The notes beneath the pieces were generated by a model. The model was not told where the DNA came from, made no database searches, and saw only the letters and a list, made by a program, of their open reading frames with translations. This document shows, one piece after another, positions 55,084 through 63,247 of a stretch of DNA of 63,247 nt. The number at the start of each line of letters is the position of its first letter. Within the stretch, counting starts at the first letter, position 1. A program made the position numbers and the translations under genes. The DNA comes from Octopus bimaculoides (Eukaryota): assembly GCF_001194135.2 (NCBI RefSeq), contig NC_068984.1:65133013-65196259 (forward strand), read 5' to 3'.

Positions 55084-56485
55084 AGGGTGGAACTAAAAAT
55101 TAAATATTTAACTCTTTTATGTTGTTTTACTACTGTTGAAATTCACAGTCTTTATTTCAATTGGGCTCTGAAAATAATAATAATAATAAAATAATCTTGA
55201 GGGATTTGATAATAATTTTGTCGTTATTAAGCTGGTGGAATGTACAGTGGGTTAGTAAAAGAAATACTTTTGAGTTATTTCTTCTTGTTCTTTACATTCT
55301 GAGCTCAATTCCCAACAAAGTTAATTTTGTTTTTAATACCTCTGGGAGCAATGAAATATAGCAGCAGTCAAGTAAGGGGTAGGGTGATGTTGTCATTAAC
55401 TCCCCATCTTTGCTCAAAATTGTTGTACTTGAACCTACATAAAACCCCATCAGGCTGGGGTTTGGAACATAATTAAGCATGAAATTTTGATGGACAATTT
55501 TAATTAACATCATTTTAAAACAGGGAGTTTTTATCATACAGCCAAAGGGCAATATAGTTATATTGAAAGTTATATGATGATGATGGTGATGATGATGAAA
55601 CAGTGTAAACAGTAATTTTCTAAATGATTAATTCTGGCAAAAATAAAAAATAAATAAAATAATGGCAAGCAGAGACAACTCTGCAAGGCAAATAAATAAA
55701 AATTAATGAACTATGAAAATTAATGGACAGTGAGTCTAATCTTTAAGAGTATATTGGAAAACTCTGGGTATTAGGATTTAAAAAGACAGAGAAATACACT
55801 CAAGGATGCATGTTATAAAAAATTGGTTGTAAAATGAGTGCTAATACAGTTGATATAAATAAATACACACATACACACATATATACAAGCAAACAGGTGC
55901 ATATTGTACTCTGACATTTAATATATATATTTTGTCTATTTGGATTATGTTTGCTGGCCACTTTATCATTCTTTTTTAAGATAATAACTTATTTGAATTT
56001 TGAATTTATACTTGCTTGCTAATGTTCATTTAGAAGTCACAGGGCCTTCAGCTGAACAGACACACATGGAATGGTAAATATATTTTTAAAAATAGCTTAT
56101 GTAGTAAACCTAGCTGATGAGCTTTGAGTGTCAATTTGGCACTGAAAGCAAGATCAATTGATACTGATATGTCTACTGTCCTCTTTGTAGTTTTACAAAT
56201 GGAGACAACTCTGTTTTTAGTATATTTGCTACATTCTCCAAGTGTGTTTACATATAGTGAGAGATGAGTGGTTTTGGAGAGTTTTAACTCATTTTTGCTA
56301 GCAAACAGGTTTATATACATGTATATAAACCTAACTGATAGCTTGTTTGACTTAATGAGTAATCAAGCAATCAGCTGGATAATCAGCTAAGTGATTAGCC
56401 ATAGGAATAATGAAAATAAAGAATTGAAATAGAACAAGCATGCATGCATATCATTAGTATATACTAATACATGAGATACAATAAC

Positions 56486-56545
<60 letters not shown>

Positions 56546-57967
56546 GCACACACACATTCACATAATTTGAATTACACCCTGAATGATGAGAACAATAATT
56601 TCCTAGATGATTAATTCTGGTGTAAAGAAACGTAGTGGGGAAACAATTCCAAAATTTTAGTTAATAAAAATGAAATATGAAATGCAATAGGTTGAATCTG
56701 GTATTAGCCTTACAGTGATAACACCAGAGATATGTTTTAATGTACCTCTTTTGCAAATCATAGCATAACCATTACAGAAGAATGATTGAACTCATCACTA
56801 GGGGTATAATTTTGGATAATTAAAATTTTCTGACTTATTCATCATAGATGCTAGCATCAAGTTTTCTGTTTAAGTTTCAAGCAGCAACTGTCCTTGGGTA
56901 TTTTCCCAGATGCATTCTTTTTAATTTATAACCATACTCTAAATATGTTCTATAAGTCATTTATAAATACTTCTGTATATTTCTCTAGCCATTCACCATT
57001 AACATAGTAACAAGCAACCTGTTGAATGTCTGCACCTTACTTAAGAAAAAGTACTAGAAGATGAAGTCTTAAGAAAAGATTGCTACAATCCACTGGTACC
57101 AGTATAAGTACCAGTAGTACTTATACTAGCACTAATACCAAGGAATAATTTAGGTTGAATGATTGAAAGGAATAGCTATATATGTCTAAGCATTTCTCTA
57201 AGGTTTCTGTGGGAGAGATATTTGCCTGCATATAGGTTGAATTGATGTTAATTATGTTAATATTAGCATTGATTATTATTTTTCTTCTGAATTACCAAGA
57301 AGTTTCTATTAAGTCTTTTCTGAATCATTAGAGAAGCATCTAATCATACTATCATATCTCTGCAGGCTTAATTCAAAATGGGAACGATTTTATGATGTGA
57401 ATCTAATATATAAAGCCCTACTGGTTCACAAACTTCTGCTTCATAGTAATATACCTATAGTAATATACCTATAGTCACATCAGAAAACTCATCATTATTG
57501 CATCAAACATGAAAGGAATTATCAGGAAAAAGTGATGACTTTTGAGCATTCGCTATAACATTAATATTGATATAATAATTAATGTCAGAGAATGAACAAC
57601 CAAATACCAATGCTGTTAGATACAAAGGTTTTGTAATGGAGGGATGAACTTCAGCTCTGACAAACAGAATGAATTTGCAATTATCTTCTATGCTAATAAA
57701 GCACTTGATTACTAACATGTTATGCCATAAATTTAAACTGGTGGCATGTCTAATTTTTCAATTAATGGAACCTCATATAAATCAACTAATGTAGCCTAAT
57801 TCACATATGTATAACAGTATGAAGATAAATAGATCTATATGTCTATAATGTAGAAAAAGAGATTGATAAAAGGTTAAACTAATAATTATATGAATGCATA
57901 CACACGTGTGTGTGTATATATGTATATATATATATATATTATATTTTATACACACACGTGTGTGTAC

Positions 57968-58020
<53 letters not shown>

Positions 58021-58253
58021 NNNNNNNNNNNNNNNNNNNNNNNNNNNNNNNNNNNNNNNNNNNNNNNNNNNNNNNNNNNNNNNNNNNNNNNNNNNNNNNN
58101 NNNNNNNNNNNNNNNNNNNNNNNNNNNNNNNNNNNNNNNNNNNNNNNNNNNNNNNNNNNNNNNNNNNNNNNNNNNNNNNNNNNNNNNNNNNNNNNNNNNN
58201 NNNNNNNNNNNNNNNNNNNNNNNNNNNNNNNNNNNNNNNNNNNNNNNNNNNNN

Positions 58254-58291
<38 letters not shown>

Positions 58292-58789
58292 GTGTGTTAG
58301 TGTATCAATGTCAGTCTGTGTATGTATGATAAACAACGTATATGTACAAGTAGATGAAGAGGCACATGGAGACAGGTAAATAATAGAGATATATGAATAG
58401 ACAGCTATAAAGATACAGAAATAAAGAGACATGGATGCTTACAGACCTCTAGATAAATAGACAGAAATGTCCAAATATGCATGCACACACAAAATATATG
58501 TATCAAAGATATACACACACATCATCAAGGCATCAAAATGAAGTTGTGTGTATTTCATAGAGAACTTGTAAGAATGAGATACCTTATCAGGATGATAATA
58601 CTAGACAAGTAGCTGAATGATAGCTAGAAATGAATGAAAAAAAAACTATTCTGCTTTCCGTTACACATCAGAAATTTTAAGTTATTATTGCAAGATTACT
58701 ACCAAGTTGGACATAGAAGGAAGGGCTACTATTTACAAAGGGACAAAGCACAAAACTAAACTGTAATGGAGTAATCTCCTATCATAGGT

Positions 58790-59180
58790 GAATGGTTGGC
58801 TGCATAGTAAGCAGTTTACTTCTCAAACAAATAATTCTGGGCCCAATCCCACTGAGTGACATCTTGGGCAAGTGTCTTCTACTATAGACCTGGGATGATC
58901 AAAACATTGTGAGTGGATTTGACTGACAGAAACTGAAAAAAACCCTGTTGTGTGTGTGTGTCTTTGTCCCCTACCACTGCTTGACAACTGGTGTTTGATT
59001 ATGTCCTACAACTTAACACTTTGGCAAAAGATACCAATAAAATAAGCACCAGACTTCAAAAAATAAGCACTCTAGTTGATCTGTTTAACTAAACTCAGAA
59101 AGATTTGTTTGACTAAACCCAGAAAGGCCATGCTCCAGCATGGCCACAGTCCACTGACTGAAACAAGCAAAGCATAAAAT
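58790..59180 (+). mobile_element. SINE family B with a ~24-bp internal tandem duplication
   Basis: atcttgggcaagtgtcttctactatag...; gatctgtttaactaaactcagaaa followed by gatttgtttgactaaacccagaaa; tail tgctccagcatggccacagtccactgactgaaacaag. Confidence 0.8.
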
Positions 59181-61658
59181 AAACTGGCTGCAGTCTCATA
59201 GAAAGTCCTCAGGAGCACTGCAATTAATGATAATGAAATCACAAAAATGCTTACTATGAACAGCTTATGGGAGAAAAGATTGCTACAGTGAAGGGCATTT
59301 GTTACCATGTTTATTTGCTTTTGTCAGGTATATTTTCTAAGATTAATTAAGAATACCTTTGCTTAAAGTTCTTAGCAGCTACTTCCTGTTCTGATACAAC
59401 TGACATTGCATTGTTTGCTATTGTTTCTTAATGTTGTTGTTATTGTTGTTGATTAATCATAGGTTAATTCTGAATGAACATAAGATAACCAATGTCATTC
59501 CAGCCTTGACTTTGTTTTCTCCTTATTCTTTGTTTTTCCAACTCATTCTTCCCTTGAGCATTGAAGTCTCAAGGATTACATTTTCAAATGAATCCCTACT
59601 TTAACAAAATAGTAAAATATAATTTGAGTAAATTTGGTTCCTATTTCTAGCAGGTTGAGCAATTGCATGGAGAGTCTCTTCCTGACTCATCATGGTTTTC
59701 ATTGTTGTTGATCCTGAGGCCAACCAGCTAAGTCAAACTTCATAATCAAAGGAGTCCAGTTGTGAGGCCACTTCACTTCTTATCACAGACTACTAGACTT
59801 CCCAATTTCTCCTATTTTCCCTAAGGTGGCAAGTTGGGTTTTCAGGGAGGTTTGGTGGCTATTTCAAGTGATTATATTTAAAAATTTCCTGCACGGATTA
59901 ATTTCATAAAACTTAAAATTTAAGTCATGTATATATCAGTTTCATGATGATTGTTTTACACAGATAATTAAAGCAATTCATTGAAAATAAATAGACCTCA
60001 CAATGAAAACAAATTAGAGAAAGAAAAACAGCAATTATAACTATTCACATCATTTTTTGCACTTTTAAGATATGTCCTTACATGTTTACTTGCTTACTTT
60101 GTGTCAAACGTTTGTCTCAAGGGAGATGTTCTCCAATGACAAAACACCAGCAATTAGCATATTCATGTTTGAATCTGATGAAATATACTAAGATTAATAT
60201 GCAAGTTATCATTTTGATTCTCACTGTTCACTGTGTATATGAGAACTTAATATGAACTATAGTATTTTGAGATATGTAGCTCTCAAAATATGTTGCATTA
60301 TGATTTCACAACTAGCTAGACATTTACAACAAATGTTTGTTACTAGTTTGAGCACATTTGGATAAAGTGAGAGGGCTTAAAATAAGACAAATAATTATAC
60401 TTGTGAGTTAATGAATAATATCTATGAATCATTGGAAATGTAGTTTCAACAAAAATGAACAGAAAATTTCAACATTTGACATTGAATCATATATTTGAGA
60501 AGTTCCATTATTTTCCATGAATTATCATTTTGATAAAGGACTTGCACCTGTCATGGTTTTTCATTAAGACTTAGCACATCATATGAAACGTTTCTCTTCA
60601 TAAAATCACCAATTTAATAACTATCGAATAACTTTCAGGGAGTGACAGATGTACTAAACAGTACAATATATGTATGTATGTATGTATGTATTTATGTATG
60701 TACATACGTACATACACACATAGATATACACACAGACAGACACTTAGTAATTCAGAAGCACAAATGATGAATGGTCAATGTTCAAGAGTTCTTGCAATAC
60801 TGTAATAAATTATGGCTCAAATATTGAAAAGTATTGCCAAAATTTTAATTTACCTACAAAACGTCAGATTGGAGAAAAAGTACAAAATTCCAGTGACACT
60901 GATATAAATTTCAATAAATAATCCAAATAGCTATATCTATCTACTTATCTATCTATCTATATCTATATACACACACAAACACACATATAGTACAGAGACA
61001 ATAACTCAAACTAGAAATTAAGGAAAATAGAAATTTCCATTTATTGTCTGGATGAAACACGTTTTTTACTCAAATATAGGTTACAGTATTTCAGCGAAGT
61101 TACCTTCAAATACTAATACTATTTTGTGACGGTATGTCAAAAACCCATTTAAAAAGTCATATAACTTCTATCTAGATAACAATGATAGTTCCAGTAATGA
61201 CAACAATAAACTTGTAAATTCTCAGAAAGCTTTTAGGCCATGGATAAAGTTATCTAATCATTAAAAACATTACTTATGAGTATATCAGTAAACAAAGCCG
61301 AGTGTTTTACAAAGAGTTGATTGCAATGTTAATAGTCTTGTTATTCAAATTATTGTTCGACTATGAATAACAGCGGAATTGTCAAAACTTATACTAGGAA
61401 GACAAATCATAAGCTTAGACACAGTTACTTTTATAAGTGGAGCATAACAATCAAAGTAGTTATTTCACATATGTGATTATGAGTTAGTTTAAGTGAAGAT
61501 AAAAATTTCAGAGTAAGTTTGGATCCAATATCGATATTTGTTAGAAACAAGGGTGAAATAAAAAAAAACAAAAACAATTCACTGGTCATATTTAAAGTAT
61601 GATAGAATGTTCATTTCTAAAGCAAATAATATGACCAGTGAATTGTTTTTGTTTTTTT

Positions 61659-62550
61659 NNNNNNNNNNNNNNNNNNNNNNNNNNNNNNNNNNNNNNNNNN
61701 NNNNNNNNNNNNNNNNNNNNNNNNNNNNNNNNNNNNNNNNNNNNNNNNNNNNNNNNNNNNNNNNNNNNNNNNNNNNNNNNNNNNNNNNNNNNNNNNNNNN
61801 NNNNNNNNNNNNNNNNNNNNNNNNNNNNNNNNNNNNNNNNNNNNNNNNNNNNNNNNNNNNNNNNNNNNNNNNNNNNNNNNNNNNNNNNNNNNNNNNNNNN
61901 NNNNNNNNNNNNNNNNNNNNNNNNNNNNNNNNNNNNNNNNNNNNNNNNNNNNNNNNNNNNNNNNNNNNNNNNNNNNNNNNNNNNNNNNNNNNNNNNNNNN
62001 NNNNNNNNNNNNNNNNNNNNNNNNNNNNNNNNNNNNNNNNNNNNNNNNNNNNNNNNNNNNNNNNNNNNNNNNNNNNNNNNNNNNNNNNNNNNNNNNNNNN
62101 NNNNNNNNNNNNNNNNNNNNNNNNNNNNNNNNNNNNNNNNNNNNNNNNNNNNNNNNNNNNNNNNNNNNNNNNNNNNNNNNNNNNNNNNNNNNNNNNNNNN
62201 NNNNNNNNNNNNNNNNNNNNNNNNNNNNNNNNNNNNNNNNNNNNNNNNNNNNNNNNNNNNNNNNNNNNNNNNNNNNNNNNNNNNNNNNNNNNNNNNNNNN
62301 NNNNNNNNNNNNNNNNNNNNNNNNNNNNNNNNNNNNNNNNNNNNNNNNNNNNNNNNNNNNNNNNNNNNNNNNNNNNNNNNNNNNNNNNNNNNNNNNNNNN
62401 NNNNNNNNNNNNNNNNNNNNNNNNNNNNNNNNNNNNNNNNNNNNNNNNNNNNNNNNNNNNNNNNNNNNNNNNNNNNNNNNNNNNNNNNNNNNNNNNNNNN
62501 NNNNNNNNNNNNNNNNNNNNNNNNNNNNNNNNNNNNNNNNNNNNNNNNNN
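61659..62550. other. Assembly gap (the other gaps are 19150-19294, 31204-31945 and 58021-58253)
   Basis: Runs of N. Confidence 1.
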
Positions 62551-62585
<35 letters not shown>

Positions 62586-62732
62586 GGTGGTTGCCTACTC
62601 CTTATGCAGAGTCTAACCACCTCCCGTACCTACACCCTAGATCCATCATGGCGTCTGATGTGGCTTTTTAAGCCAGACAATGTATTGAAAATACACCCAC
62701 GATACATACATAAACATGTATATAAATATGTA

Positions 62733-62773
<41 letters not shown>

Positions 62774-63210
62774 TTATGTGTTTCAGCCAAGTGGCTGCGG
62801 TCATGTTGGTGCATGATATATATATATAGATATATATATATAGATAGATAGATAGATAGATATATGAAAATACATATATCTGTGTATACATGCACATTTA
62901 TATACAAATACTATAGATATGAACATTTACACAGACACACGAAATAAAACATGTGCTCGCTATGCTTTGAGCAAATCATTGAAAATCGGAAATTCAGGAA
63001 GTTTGACCAATTTTCAATACATGTAATAAGTGTAAGTTCCAACAGTGAAGCACAATCTAAACGCATACTTATAACAGAAACTTAATGGGAGAGTCTTTAA
63101 TATGTTCAGATTAAATTATAGCTTGTTGCAGAGAGAAAATCAATATAATCTGACGTAAATTGAAATTCATTCTTCTGATTAGAGACAATGTTTTAATCAG
63201 AAAAGTTAAT

Positions 63211-63247
<37 letters not shown>

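Overview
Very AT-rich, microsatellite-dense animal DNA with four sized N gaps (19150-19294, 31204-31945, 58021-58253, 61659-62550). The repeat families look like those of Octopus (coleoid cephalopod); this is inferred from recalled SINE sequences, not from a database search. Only one host coding exon is supportable: a minus-strand CUB-domain exon (1021-1229), tentatively SOL-1-like. The remaining ~62 kb looks like intron or intergenic DNA. It holds at least three tRNA-type SINE families and 3' ends of a (GAT)n-tailed retroelement. It also holds a CR1/L2-group LINE 3' end, a decayed R4/Dong-like LINE, MITE relics and a Penelope-like (PLE) complex at 29.8-33.0 kb. The PLE complex is the most interesting part: a C-terminal GIY-YIG with a CxCx5Cx5C motif (Hydra-clade-like), a tail-to-tail inverted second copy, and a ~460-bp palindrome with two oppositely oriented hammerhead-ribozyme-like folds. 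Other highlights are a LINE and SINE sharing a 3' tail and a fold-back rearrangement inside one SINE. Most entries in the ORF track are microsatellite or N-gap artefacts. Repeat boundaries are approximate and family names come from memory.
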